From Octopus sinensis (lineage: Eukaryota): a stretch of 64,000 nucleotides of DNA. A program made the position numbers and the translations under genes. Position 1 is the stretch's first letter, and each line of letters starts with the position of its first letter. Below the pieces are notes generated by a model, which saw nothing but the letters and a program-made list of their open reading frames with translations, had not been told where the DNA came from and did not search any database. The DNA is taken from NCBI RefSeq assembly GCF_006345805.1, contig NC_043000.1:133486001-133550000 (forward strand), given 5' to 3'. This document shows positions 39,005 to 52,039 of this stretch, in pieces.

Positions 39005-39235
39005 CGGATATGCGTGGCCTAACGGTTAGGCTGCTGCATTCACGATAGCAAGATGCTGGTTTCCATTGTGTTCTCAAGCAAAACACTTTATTTCTCATTG
39101 TTTCAGTCCAGTCAGTTGTAAACGAGTAGCTTGGCACGGTCTAGCGTCCTGTCCAGGGGGAATGTCGTGATCTCGGTTGCTTGTACGCCCTGGAAACCGG
39201 TTCACCGGCCCTATGAGTTCTGGTAGCCAAAGACA
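39005..39235 (+). mobile_element. Diverged SINE family C-like copy
   Basis: gcgtggcctaacggttagg...tcaagcaaaacactt...cagtccagtcag. Confidence 0.65.
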
Positions 39236-42200
39236 TTAATATCTAGGGGACTTACTTTACTTTCTTTTCCAAGCATCAATTACTTTATAGCCGAATGGAA
39301 CTACAAATGTGTAGATTGTGATTTCAAACTCGCAACGCAGCAGTATTTTTGTATATTTTCGAGCTATGCATTTAATCATACATTCCCTCAGTTCAGCTGT
39401 TAAAAACGAATAACAAATCATGTGGGAATATTATCAGGGATAGACTGGTAATCTATCCAAGAGAAGATTTAGCTCTCATCCACTTCATATTATAAAACTA
39501 GAAATAATGAAAAATTTGGAACTTGAGAAGTATTTCTTTACATTTCAAAATTCAACTTCATTGCATCTGTTACCTACACGGAATCAATACAGACATTACC
39601 AAATTGACACACATACAAAATTATATGTGTTAAATATAATGGAAATGAATTGTTTATTATCCTTACATTATTATTATCCTTACATTGAGAAATAGTGCCA
39701 ATAGACAAGAACTAGGCAACTTGATATGGAGAGCTTAAGACTGACTTTACCCACGATTCAGCCTTTATAAACAAGACACAATGCAATAAATAATTATCAC
39801 TTTATTGCTTTATGCACAGAGCCATAAAAATATGCATATTCTAAACATTTATTCCGTTCACTAATATCATTTACATATATGGCGTAGCAGGCAATATTTC
39901 TTTGCTGCAAACAATTCACAATTTGATAGATCGTAACAACAGGCTTAATTCAGGGCAACAAATAAATGAGATTAAGACAATTTCTGCGGAACATATTATT
40001 CAGAAAGAAATCAGGAAAGGAAATACTTTTTTCTGGTATGCGTATAATATAATTTCATTGGATTCATTTGTTAACGTTGTGTTTGGAATATCGGTGTTGT
40101 ATCGTAATGTTCTATAAGTCAAAATCGATTGACAATATCAATGAAATAAACTAATAACATCTCAGTAGAAACAAGATAACTGTGAATACAGCAATTCAAC
40201 ATGTTGACTAATTTTCCTAAATTCCAGCGGTTAGTTCGGGTCTAGCTTTGCAGTACCAGATATAAGAAGCGATAGGATACCATTTTTGGCATGCTAGATT
40301 CGTTATTTGCAAATAGCCGAACAATTGTAATTTCTAAATATAAGATTAGGCTTGATTTGCTACAGATTACCTAAACTGCAAGAATAATAAATAATGCAAA
40401 GTAAATGTGATACCTAGAGCGCCCAAGCGTACACCTGAGCCGAGCTTAGTAGATGAAAGATAAATCTAATCTTGAAAGAGTTGCTGCCTATCGCAGAAGC
40501 ATTCCCTGAATACGCGTTAAATGAGAAATAAAACCTATTTGAAAACAATCTTGCATCAGTCTATTAAATCTTTTTCTTACATATTTAGCAAGCGTAAGAG
40601 ATTTTGTACAAATACCTCCACTGCGTAGAAAAACCTGATAAGAAAAGATGTCAAGCGCAACAGATATGACTGCTGTATTATTCAAATTTAATTCTTAAAA
40701 ACCGAATTGATAAAACGAAGGAGCGCAAGTTGTTGGATTACTTCGTTCTGTTATGGCTAATAAATCAAACAGCACAAAGAGCAAATTAAATACTTTAGCA
40801 ATGATCCCTAAACTTTACACATCAAATATGGCGACCTGGCTTTTTATTTCAAAATATTCGTTTTTACTGGTTTATCAAGTGATGAATGGCAGATCGTAAA
40901 GATTCCTAAAATAACTTTCGATATTTTATGTCTCTTTTCGATCTGAGTTTAAGTTTTGCCAGGGCCGATGTTGCCTTTATTTTCCCGCAGCAATGATAAA
41001 ATATGCACCATTATCATACTTTGAGAGCATATCAGCCGCACACCTTCTCTAGAAAATGCAAGAAATTAATATAAAATCTTTTATCGACTCTCCTAAGATT
41101 AAAAAAAAACAAACTATACAAACATTTACTCGAATTGAATACAAACTCTAAGCTTCTAAATAATTCGTTCAATTATAAATCCTAGACCGACATTTTACAG
41201 AACTATTATTATTGATTGGGACATTAGCAAGAGGAAAAGAGTTTCATCGATCTAATTAGTGAATAATTATTTCATAAACTTTCTGGTTAGCAAAAAGGTG
41301 AAGTCGCCACCTTTGTGGAAGAAATTTGAGCTCGGAATGTAAAATGAATAAATAGATATTCCTGTCGATATGAATGATGGTCGGGGGTCATAGACGCAAC
41401 CTCAATCAACACATACTCAACACACACAAGCACTCACACATTCACAGATTCACATTTCACACATACAGCCATTCGTTGAATCTTCTTACACTCATCAGGA
41501 TGAATAGGGATGGGATTCCCGAGTTCTCTGCCAAGTCGATTTACCAGCCTTTGTCTCTTCACAGGCACCCATAAATAGTGAGACCTAGCTAGATATAATT
41601 TAAGAGGTCGGTTGGGTTACCGCATCTGACCTTCGCTGCATTTACAGGGTTATTATAATTTCAATTTCCTGCTTGATAATGATTTGGAAATTAAAGCTGA
41701 TCACTTGGTTTGCTTCCTCAGTCAAGTCACAGAGTCTTTGTTTGACTGTAATGAATTAGGAATCAGAGCACGGTAAAAACAGTATATCATCACTTGAAAA
41801 AGTAGCTATTTATCTTGGCTACAGTATTAATGAAGCATTGAATCTTTCTGACAGCCCATGATGAAATAAAAGCGTTTGGAAGAATTTTGATTACGAGTAA
41901 GGTTGGATGATTATAAGATTATATATTAAAATATGTCGTATCAGATATAGCAATCAAATCTCCCTTAAGTCGCAACTTACTGTTTTGAAACAAAGACGGA
42001 ATGGTGGAATGGTCATGGCTGGAACGCTTTAGTCTCAGCATCATCATCAGCAACAATAATCTATTATCAGACTGCTATAAATTTATGAGCGAACTTAACA
42101 TATCAATTGCACGGAAAGCTTCGCGTGCGATTCATATGAAAAACTATTCAGTACCTAGAGCTTGATTTTTGTGTGTGTGTGTGTGTGTTTAAGAAGGTAA

Positions 42201-43319
42201 AGGACTAGCTTCGGGATGAAATCGTTTATATGTTTTCACGTGCCATTGGCACATTGTAGAGTTAGTATTCAGTTTTGGTTTATAGAATCTTGCTGAATGA
42301 AAGCTAACTGTCTCTTACGATAACTTTACAGGCAGATATTCGAGGAAGATTATTAACCTATTTATGACAATTAGATAAAACAGAATTAAGCATTTCGCAG
42401 AGATACAGAGAAATGCAAGAAGCAAGTAGGTACTTAGGTCCTATGAGACAATATTGAGCCTTTTATTCTCAAATTGGCATCACAGCATGTGCCGCTTTTG
42501 TCGGTAGTTTTCACAGACTACACACGGAAAGACATTCAAACATTGTACATTAGAAATTTTAACCCGTTAAAACATTGCTTTGTCCCAGTGAATTGACTGA
42601 TAAATAGCACACGAAACAAAGATATTTTTTGAGATTGATTTCATGACACATTTGCTTGAAATTTCTTGGGAACTTTTAATTCTTTATTACTTGAGCCCAA
42701 ATACATAGTAATAAAGTGTCGGTTGTTAAAATTTGTCCTTGCTGGTCTTGAATAAATTGCATTTGTTTATGAAATATGCATAAGCAATGCGGTATTGAAT
42801 TGGAAGATGAAGCATCAAGATTATCACTCCAAGCATGAACTGAATATTTGTTGGAACATTTGTAAATACCCAAACATCAATAAATTATTCAGGAAACGAT
42901 TCAATGCTCCTCTGTTGCTTTATAATATTGTTTTCATACATATCCATGAAGCAGGAACATTTATACAAACAAGCCCTATATCCCATTGGAAATATAACCA
43001 CAGTATTCAATTGAATTAAATTTATCATTGTATGTTTATAGTACAACAGAATATAGCTTATATTAAGCAAATCAGCTGGGTAGAGTCCATTACTCTCGTC
43101 TCCAAATGCTATTCGCGAACGAGTTTGAATCAAATATTTGAAGCTGATGTAAACACTCGTAGAATCATGCTCGTATAGTGGAGACCTGGATTTCATAATA
43201 TGTCATGATAGAGTACGATTAAATGAAGATCGCTGATGTCATCAAATTAGCGAGCCTAAGTGAATCACTTACAAAATATCGATAAGTATTAGTTATACTA
43301 GTAGAATATTGGTTTCAAA

Positions 43320-43515
43320 TTTTGACACAATTTTATAGAATGATTAACTCGATAACGTCGACCCCCAGTGTTAAACTGGTACTTATTTTATCGATCCCGA
43401 AATATGAAAGGTAAAGTCGACCTCGGCGGAATTTAAACTGAGAACATAAAGACAAATGAAATTCCGCTAAGCATTTTTCCCCGAAATGCTAATGATTCTG
43501 TTACTTTTGCCGCCT
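43320..43515 (-). mobile_element. SINE family B, diverged
   Basis: gaaaggtaaagtcgacctcggcggaattt. Confidence 0.8.
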
Positions 43516-43725
43516 TATACTAATAGAATATCAATAAATATTCCTAAAGGTTCTATCAAGAGTAAATTTCTTCTCCTGAAAAGAAATTCATGTCTTGGTC
43601 GTGGACACAAGAGACAACCGATGATTCCCTGACTCTTCAATAACTTATCAATACAGTCTGTTGTAGCTCTCCAAAAATATTTAGAAAATTTGAACTTGAG
43701 ATCGTGTGATGTTTATATTTATGTC

Positions 43726-44296
43726 AGGGCGGCGAGCTGGCAGGAACGTTAGCACACCGGGCGAAATGCGTAACCGTATTTCGTCTGCCGTTACGTTCTG
43801 AGTTCAAATTCTGCCGAGGTGGACTTTGCTTTTCATCCTTTCGGTGTCGATTAAATAAGTACCAGTTACTGGGGGTCGATATAATCGACTTAGTCCGTTT
43901 GTGTGTCCTTGTTTGTCCTCTCTGTGTTTAGCCCCTTGTGGGTAGTAAAGAAATAGGTATTTCGTCTGCCGTTACGTTCTGAGTTCGAATTCTGCCGAGG
44001 TGGACTTTGCTTTTCATCCTTTCGGGGTCGATTAAATAAGTACCAGTTACGCACTGGAGTCGATGTAATCGACTTAATCCGTTTGTCTGTCCTTGTTTGT
44101 CCTCTCTGTGTTTAGCCCCTTGTGGGCAGTAAAGAAATAGGTATTTCGTCTGCGTTACGTTCTGAGTTCAAATTCCGCCGAGGTCGACTTTGCCTTTCAT
44201 CCTTTCGAGGTCGATTAAATAAGTACCAGTTACGCACTGAGGTCGATGTAATCGACTTAATCCCCTTGTATGTCCCCTGTGAACAATAAAGAAATA
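43726..44296 (+). mobile_element. SINE family B head-to-tail trimer (184-bp units)
   Basis: Junctions gaaata|ggtattt at 43955/6 and 44139/40. Confidence 0.9.
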
Positions 44297-44694
44297 GCGC
44301 AAAATACTTCGGGATATTTCTTCTGGCTCTTTACATTCTGAGTTCAAAACCTGCAGAAGTCAACTTCACCTTTTGTCCCTTTAGGATGGATAAAATAAAG
44401 TACAAGTCAAGTGCTGAGTTCGATGTAACTGACTTGCCCCTCCCTTCAAAATTGCTGGTCTTGGACGCTGCAACGGATCGGCGTCCTGTTCCAGAGGAAT
44501 GTCAAAATCTCTGTCACTTAAACAAGAATAATGACTCCCTTCGGTCATGAATGACCATGGAGCTGCACTTAGAAAGTCCCACCACCCACCCCAAGGCACG
44601 GAAATAATGGACCAGATATTCATTTTTGTGATGAAAATAATCATGTGTAGGAGCTGAACATACTGCATTTTTATATGTGTATAAAGTGATAGGG

Positions 44695-45020
44695 TAAAGG
44701 GTAAAGACCCCATTCAGTCATGAATGACTATGGGACTGCACCTAGAAAGATCCCCAAGTCCGGACAAATTTGTTTTATGCAGTCACCCATGCATACAAGC
44801 CTCCCCTCTCTACGCCACTGATGTTAGCAAAGGGAAAGTCAAAGGTCGATACAACTTGGCACCAGTGACATTGCAACTATTATCTACAGCTGAGTTAACT
44901 GGAGAAATATGAAATGAAGTATCTTGCTCAGGAACACAACACACCGCCCGTTCTGGGAATTGAACTCACTGTCTCGTGATTTGTGAGCCCAACGCTCTAA
45001 CCACTGAACCATGCATCTTT
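44695..45020 (-). mobile_element. tRNA-head SINE with RTE-like 3' tail and (ctttac)n end; second tail fragment at 44530-44585
   Basis: Head gcatggttcagtggttagagcg; tail ctttctaggtgcagtcccatagtcattcatgactgaatggggtctttaccc. The RTE partnership is inference. Confidence 0.65.
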
Positions 45021-45024
45021 ATAC

Positions 45025-45187
45025 TTACTCTGTTACTCTTTTATTTGTTTTAAATCGACCCTAGAACTTATTCTTTGTAAGCCTTGTAATTATTCTATCG
45101 TTCTCTTTTGCCGAACCGCAAAGTTACGGGACGTAAACACACCAGCATCGGTTGTCAAGTGGTGGTGGGGTGGACAAACACCGACAC

Positions 45188-45236
<49 letters not shown>

Positions 45237-45358
45237 CGCGGGCTTTTTCAGTTTCCGTCTACTAAATCCACTCACAAGGCTTTGGTCGGCCGGAGGCTAT
45301 AGCAGAAGACACTTGCCCAAGGTGCAGTGGGACTGAACCCAGAACCATGTGGCTGGTA
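45025..45358 (-). mobile_element. SINE family A
   Basis: Reverse complement of the family consensus. Confidence 0.85.
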
Positions 45359-45364
45359 AACAAC

Positions 45365-46795
45365 CTGCTTTATTTCATTAGGATTTGCCATACATGCATT
45401 ACAGAGAGGAGACAAACGAGGAGAGACAAACATAAAGGGGTGAAGTAGCTGGCCAGATACGAAGGTACCACTCACTATTCCTTCTCCCCGGGGTATTCGA
45501 CCAGCACCTCGATGACGTCCTCAGCTGTGATTGGCCCCTCACAGCACTCAGCATCTCGTGCCGAGTTGCGGGCCGCCGGCCAGGAAGTCCCTGGGGGCCT
45601 CACCATGATCCAGTATCCCGCTCCTCCTGAACAACTCGGCAAAGTGCTTGTAAAGCGCCTCACACATCTCGTCCTGTCCATCGACCGAACATTCATTGTG
45701 ATCAACGAGAGACCTAATTGTGGCATCATTGCCACATCTACCGTACGGGCCCATCCGGCAACATTAATTCCCTCACAGCCCAATGCACCTCTCATGTTTG
45801 GCTTTGAAGTGATGGTCCAAAGCCGTTTTCGCTGCCAAAATGTGGGATGCAGGGCCCAACCTCAACGCCTCCTCTAGGTCCTTAACTAGTTGCTCTTCTA
45901 TTCTGGCTTATTCTAGTCTTAGCTGATGGCTAAACATAACAGACTTAAAACGAATGTCTTTCTTGAGGGCGAACCACCACTGGTTATTAACCCCAGCGCC
46001 TGTTAACGCCCTCTATACTAATTCCTTAATCTGGCTACAGTAAGTCAAAATACACTTGTTCAACTTCCAGTATACAGATCCTCTCTTAACTGTACTAGCC
46101 TTAACTAGCCTTATCTCTAGTTCTCATCACTATCCTATCTAAGACTTGAACCTTCCGTCGCCACTAACAGGTCCACTCTGGGACGTTCGGATGGTCAATC
46201 CTGTAACGATCTGCTAGCTGAAAGCGCTTAAGCAGATCTACGAGACGCAAGTTCACTTTCCTACCGGTCGAGCCAACGCTAGCGTTATAGTTTCCTAACA
46301 CCACTAATGTCTTCAACGTCACGAGGAAGTTCTCTAGGTGCCGATAAAAATCGATTTGAAATCCTCTAGCACAAGGTGCATAGTTCCCGGTCAACCTGAA
46401 GGCCTTACCGCTGTATGTCACATCAAGGACGACCAGCCTACCTTCTGGGTTTACATAGACTGTACTTGCCTGCAGAGCAAAGCATTTTCGGACCAGTTCT
46501 ACTACACCCCCTTGACCTCCGGTCTGGCTAGGAGACATGATATTCTTATAGCAATTCAGGAGGGGCGAGAAAGTTTGTAGACTGTCCAGCTTGGTCTCTG
46601 TAGCAAACATCATATGCATATCGTGTGATCTGAGGACGTCGAGGAAACAAGCTTGCTTCCACTTCGAACTCAGACTACGCACATTCAAACACTCAAGGTT
46701 AAGCGCAGCCATTAAAACAAGGGGAAAAAGCAAGGGTTCTACTTACCTCACAACATGTGACGCAGCTTGCTTGGCAGTCTGCCATTTGCAAGAAA
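45365..46795 (-). mobile_element. Tx1/L1-clade non-LTR element: APE endonuclease and linker, large internal deletion, apparent 3' end
   Basis: MAALNLECLNVRSL..ETKL..EGRLVVLDV..NYAP..LVVLGNYNA..DRYRIDHP..EWT (APE), YWKLN, CEGPITAEDV (pre-RT), then a jump at ~45478 to a C-terminal-like VSGTFVS and a pyrimidine-rich 3'UTR. Confidence 0.85.
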
Positions 46796-47052
46796 GCGCT
46801 GGAAGAGAATCAGGAGGGGTTTTGCCAGGGCATGCTTACACGATTTCAGGAGGATTGCTGGGAAACCATCAGGACCAGCAATTGAGTTTGCGTCCACCTG
46901 ATCTATGGCTAGTAGTATATCTTCTTCGCTAATGTCAATGTATTCTATCGTAACTGCCTCGCTGGTTATAGGTGAGGCGGCAAAGAAGTCCACTGGTTCG
47001 TTCACTTGTCTGTGTTCCAATGGAGTGGTAAAGACACTTTTGAACTGGTCAT
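46796..47052 (-). mobile_element. CR1/Jockey-group LINE fragment (pre-RT region)
   Basis: NDQFKSVFTTP..IDISEEDILLAIDQVDANSIAGPDGFPAILLKSCKHALAKPLLILFQRFLANGRLP. Confidence 0.85.
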
Positions 47053-47087
<35 letters not shown>

Positions 47088-47377
47088 GTATCCGTAATAA
47101 TGAAGGGTGAAATTATTAATTTGGAATAATTATCAATTACACCAAGTAGTCTTCGGCATGTAAAAGCCTCATCGAGAAATTTAAGTAATACTAAGCAATA
47201 AAGGGTTTAGCAACGAATTGCCTTACCACATACCGAATTTAGAAATAGCAGTCAAAGAGTTATAGCTATTTCTTCTACTAAAAAGGGAGATCTCAGTAAA
47301 AACAGCAATTGGAAGGCAGACACAAACAGGTTAAGAGAGAATGAATTGACGGCAATCTATCATACAATTTTAAGTTA

Positions 47378-47477
47378 TCTACGACGTACGTTTCGAAATC
47401 AAGTTATTAGGAAAGCATAAGAATTAAATATTAAATAATTCTATCTTACCAAAAACTTCTTTTCTCTTCAGCGTAGA
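47378..47477 (-). ncRNA. Type I hammerhead ribozyme motif, mirror copy (one C missing at position 1.1)
   Basis: tctacg-CTGAAGA-gaaa...tttc-GAAACGTACGTC-gtaga. Confidence 0.65.
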
Positions 47478-47874
47478 ATACTATAATCATAAATGATTAT
47501 ATATTGAATTTTGAGATACTAGAAGGCACCAACTCAACTCAGTATCAGAGCGAGCTAGAATCCGCAAGTATCACCAAATCAATGTGTGAATGAAAAGATT
47601 GTTCACCAGCCCCTTCCCACCCGGTGTAGCCAAAACAAGATGCGTTGTCAATTACTGAGATAAAATATTACGGATAACCATATTTTATCTCAGTAGATGA
47701 CCACAGCATCTTGTTTTGGCTACACGCGGGTGGGAAGGGGCTGTGACCAATCTTTTCATTCACGATTGAATTTGGTGATACTAGTTGCGGATTCTAGCTC
47801 GCTCTGATACTGAGTTGAGTTGGTGCCTTCTAGTATCTCAAAATTCAATATATAATCATTTATGATTATAGTAT

Positions 47875-47971
47875 TCTACGCTGAAGAGAAAGAAGTTTTG
47901 GTAAGATAGAATTATTTAATTTTAATCTTATGCTTTCCTAATAACTTGATTTCGAAACGTACGTCCGTAGA
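47875..47971 (+). ncRNA. Type I hammerhead ribozyme motif (intact)
   Basis: Stem I tctacg/cgtaga; core CTGAAGA at 47881-7; stem II gaaa..tttc extended by aagtt/aactt and taagat/atctta; GAAA at 47954-7; palindromic stem III AC-GTAC-GT; GUC triplet with predicted cleavage after 47965. Confidence 0.8.
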
Positions 47972-48147
47972 TAACTTAAAATTGTATGATAGATTGCCGT
48001 CAATTCATTCTCTCTTACTGTTGTGTCTGCCTTCCAATTGCTTGTTTTTACTGAGATCTCCCTTTTTGTAGAAGAAATAGCTATAACTCTTTGACTGCTA
48101 TTTCTAATTCGGTATGTGTAAGGCATTCGTTGCTAAACCCTTTATTG

Positions 48148-48186
<39 letters not shown>

Positions 48187-48519
48187 CCGGTCCATTTGAC
48201 CGAGAATTATCTGAAATTTCACCAACGGGAAAAGGAAATTAAAAAAATTAATAGATCCTGAATACAAACATGTTTACATAAGCAAAGCTCCTAAATACAA
48301 GTTGTAAATTATTTTGTTAATATGGCACCGATTTCTAATCTCCAGCGCTCAAGTGTAGATTTAATGATAGAATTCTATCAACAGTTTCAGAATTAATTGC
48401 ATTTAGAGTTATTTGATATAATTATTTTTGAAAGCAGGAGTGTAGGCAAATACTCGATAAATTAGGTTCAAAACGATGACAATATAGACTAGTTGAGATA
48501 CTCCACTATACAATTATAG

Positions 48520-48520
48520 G

Positions 48521-48551
<31 letters not shown>

Positions 48552-48699
48552 ATGTGTGTGTGTGTGTGTATACATGTGTGTGTGTGTATACATGTGTGTG
48601 TATATACATATGTGTGTGTGTGTGTATACATATGTGTGTGTGTGTGTATACATATGTGTGTGTGTGTGTATACATATATGTGTGTGTGTGTGTGTATAC

Positions 48700-48731
<32 letters not shown>

Positions 48732-48800
48732 ATACATATATGTATGTGTGTGTGTGTGTGTGTATACATATATGTATGTATGTGTGTGTGTGTGTGTGTA
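48520..48800. repeat. Compound (TG)n/(TATACA) microsatellite
   Basis: Read directly. Confidence 0.95.
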
Positions 48801-49473
48801 TAAAGAAAATCAGTAATGTCGACTGGTAGGTCACGAGTAGTTAATAACTGAAAAGATACTACGGAATGATCATGGATGGAACGTCTTTGATTATATATCT
48901 GTTCAGCTACCACTGACCTGGGGCTAAACTAATACAAAAGCAGATAGAAGAGTATAAAAACCAGAGTTGATCTCAGTTTCCATGGCTTTCAGTAGATCGC
49001 AAAGGGATTTAAATTGTATCTTTTCTAAAGATTATAAATGCCCCAGTGCATGCATATTGTAATCTTCTGATCTTCGTCAAGAGATGTGAAAAGAACTTAG
49101 TCTTTCATAAATGAAGGAAATTAGCCTCAGCCGAGAAATAAAACAGTCTCACAGATAAAATTCTCCAAGAGCTTACTCCCCTTTTGAGAGTATTTACCAA
49201 CATAAATAGTAATATCAATAACTACTGCACTGATATGGGGTGATCGATTCCTAATAGACATAGTAGCCGGAGTTTTGATGTTACTATTGTTGTTTAGCGC
49301 CAGGACAGTTCTGATCGAACAGTAGACCTATGTCAAATGCATTCCGGCCATAACTAATGCATCTTCATTCTAAGATTGCCCCATTTCATGTGTACTTTCA
49401 GCTTCTCATAAACTGTATGGTGTTATTTTAGGGAAATTTGGTTTCTATTTCTAGTATGTCAAGTGATTGTGTG

Positions 49474-49770
49474 GAGGCACATGGCCTTGTGGTTAGAGCA
49501 GCGGACTCGCGGTCGAGGGATCGCGAGTTCGAATCTCAGACCGGGCGACGTGTGTGTTTATGAGCGAAACACGCGGCTCCGGCAGAAGGTAATGGGGAAC
49601 TTCTGCTCACTCTTTCGCCACAAATTTCTCTCACTCTTTCCTCCTGCATCTTGCAGCTCACCTGCGACGGACCGGCGTCTCGTCCAGGTGGAGAACCTAT
49701 ACGCCAAGAAAACCGGGAAACCGGCCCTTATGAGCCAGGCGTGGCTCGAGAAGGAACAAAAAAAAAATGT
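49474..49770 (+). mobile_element. SINE family C-related variant with A-rich tail
   Basis: ggaggcacatggccttgtggttagagcagcggactcgcgg...gaaaccggcccttatgagcc. Confidence 0.85.
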
Positions 49771-50533
49771 CAAGCGATTACGGAGAGACTTTCTCGTTGG
49801 CTCGGAGAAGGTTATGTTTCTTAGTCTTGGTTGACGGTTGGAAGGGAAGAAGAGCCCAACATAACATACTGAACTTTGTGATAAATATTTAGCTATAGGC
49901 GACCCACAGTTGACCTAAATAGTGAGATTGACGAGGGTGAATCAATTTTCACTTTGGGCACTAGCTGAAGAAACTGTTTCCCTTACTAAATGCAAAATAG
50001 CCGCAACTACAAGTGTAAAAATACAACAGAATCAGCAAACGGTAGTAGCATTTGCAAAAAAAAATATAGATAAATAAAAAAATGAAGCAAAATCAAACAA
50101 AATAAAAATAAATTACACCAATATCTGCTTTATTTGAAATCATTTTCGGCTAAGTGGAAACTTTAATATATTTGATACATCTACTTTGAAGATGGTTTAG
50201 TTCTCTCACAAAGCTGAAAGCATCAATCTTTTATTCCGTCTCTTTTCATCCAATTCTTCTCTCCTCCATCAGCCTATTCCTGCACAAATAAACATGCTGG
50301 CCTATAATTTGCTCGCAAGTCACCATAGAACATTAATATTATAAATATCTTTTGTAGATATAGTAATATTTCAATTTTTTTTTCGGCAAAAATTCATTTC
50401 GGTTTGTATTTTATTTTTGCAGGATATCTGTAAAAAAAAAAAGCACGCACACACATACACACACAAAAACCAATAGCATAATGGCATGTTAATTATATTC
50501 AATGCTTTCCCGTATTCATAGACGATATATATA

Positions 50534-50596
<63 letters not shown>

Positions 50597-52003
50597 CATT
50601 CCCACCCACGTTTAGAATTCATGTGAATTATAGAACACCGAGAGACTGACTCAAATCCTCACCCCAACGCTTAGATTAACCATTTGTACTTCTCTTATAT
50701 AATTCTGTTCTTTCCAAGAGATAAAGGTCCCTTAAACAATCGGTCAACCATTGTGTCAAGTGTTATTAACACCATTCGAAACCTTCGGTCAATAGTCAAG
50801 GTCAAGATGAAGTATTATATTTCTCGTGTGCTGTATTCTCGTCACCCTTCTCTCGTTTTCTATCGCCCGGCGAAAGCATGGATTTGAATATTTTTAATGC
50901 ACTAGCATTAAACAGGAGTTGCAGGGAAGTGAAATATTCAATAAAGAATAAGATGTTCTTTTTTATATACACACAAAGGCTTGAAGTTTAGAAGAAGGGG
51001 GCAGTCAATCACATTAACCCGTGTACTTAACTGGTGCTTATTTCATCGAAAAGGTATGAAGGGCAAAGCCAACTTTAGTGAAGTTTGAGCTCAGAATTTG
51101 AAGAAACGTTGCTAAACATATTCCCGACTCGCTGACGATTATGCCAGCTCCCTACGTTAATTTTCACCAAAAACATTAGAAAGTCAAATGGTGTATTACC
51201 TTTTTAAATAAACCGGAAACAGAATTATATTTCGGCATAAAACGCCATCGTCATCATTCATATGAGTTGTACATCTAGAGGTTATTAAAAGCATAATGCA
51301 CCATATGGTTGTCTAATATTTTAATCAGAATTTCAAGTACATGGTGCTTAAATATAATTCTATAAAATTTAAAAAAAATTTAAATTCACACTTTTGCTGA
51401 TAGACAATGAGAGGGCCAGGAAGAAATGGATTACCACTGCAAAAGAAACTACCCATACAGATGAGAATTAAACTTGGCATTGTCTATTGGCCAGATGGTT
51501 CGAATGACCATAACGACACTCAACACGACGTTTGACTCCTTGAAAACTGACCATTCGGAAAGCGCAGTATTAGAGAAAATATGCACAAATGGGTTATTTG
51601 CAACGTAAACATTGAGGCGAAGTTTCGTGTGAGTCGCTAGATGTACAATAATTTATCACGAATTCTGACAAGGAGATTTTTATCCCTAGATATGATTTTG
51701 TTGATGAATTATATATCTTTTTAAATATAATTCACCGTACAAGTTTCAAAGTGTCAGTGTCATATAATGCTTCTTACCCAATACTCTAATAGTATACTCA
51801 CACATACTCATTGTATGCATATATATATATGTGTATATTTCTACTATGACTTTTCGCGTTAACTCTTCCAAAAGCAAAAGCGGAAACGATAAATTTTTTA
51901 TATGCAGCTTTTAGTACCCAAGTTTATATATAATAATATATATTATATATATATATATATATATATGCATACGTATATGGGTGTGTGTATGTATTTTTGT
52001 ATA

Positions 52004-52039
<36 letters not shown>

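Larger units (their letters stand above)
47086..48150. mobile_element. Penelope-like terminal sequence arranged as a ~480-bp-arm palindrome between two (TA)n tracts
   Basis: 47190-47668 is the reverse complement of 47680-48150, with a ~11-nt loop. The differences are mostly 1-nt indels. Confidence 0.85.

Noticed and set aside
42676-43196. Several 65-103 aa ORFs in unique AT-rich sequence (also 40488-40685 and 61279-61760)
   Set aside because: No recognisable motif or consistent splice structure; ORFs of this length are expected by chance.
49474-49550. tRNA-like sequences at SINE heads
   Set aside because: They lack a complete acceptor stem and continue into SINE bodies, so they are not tRNA genes.
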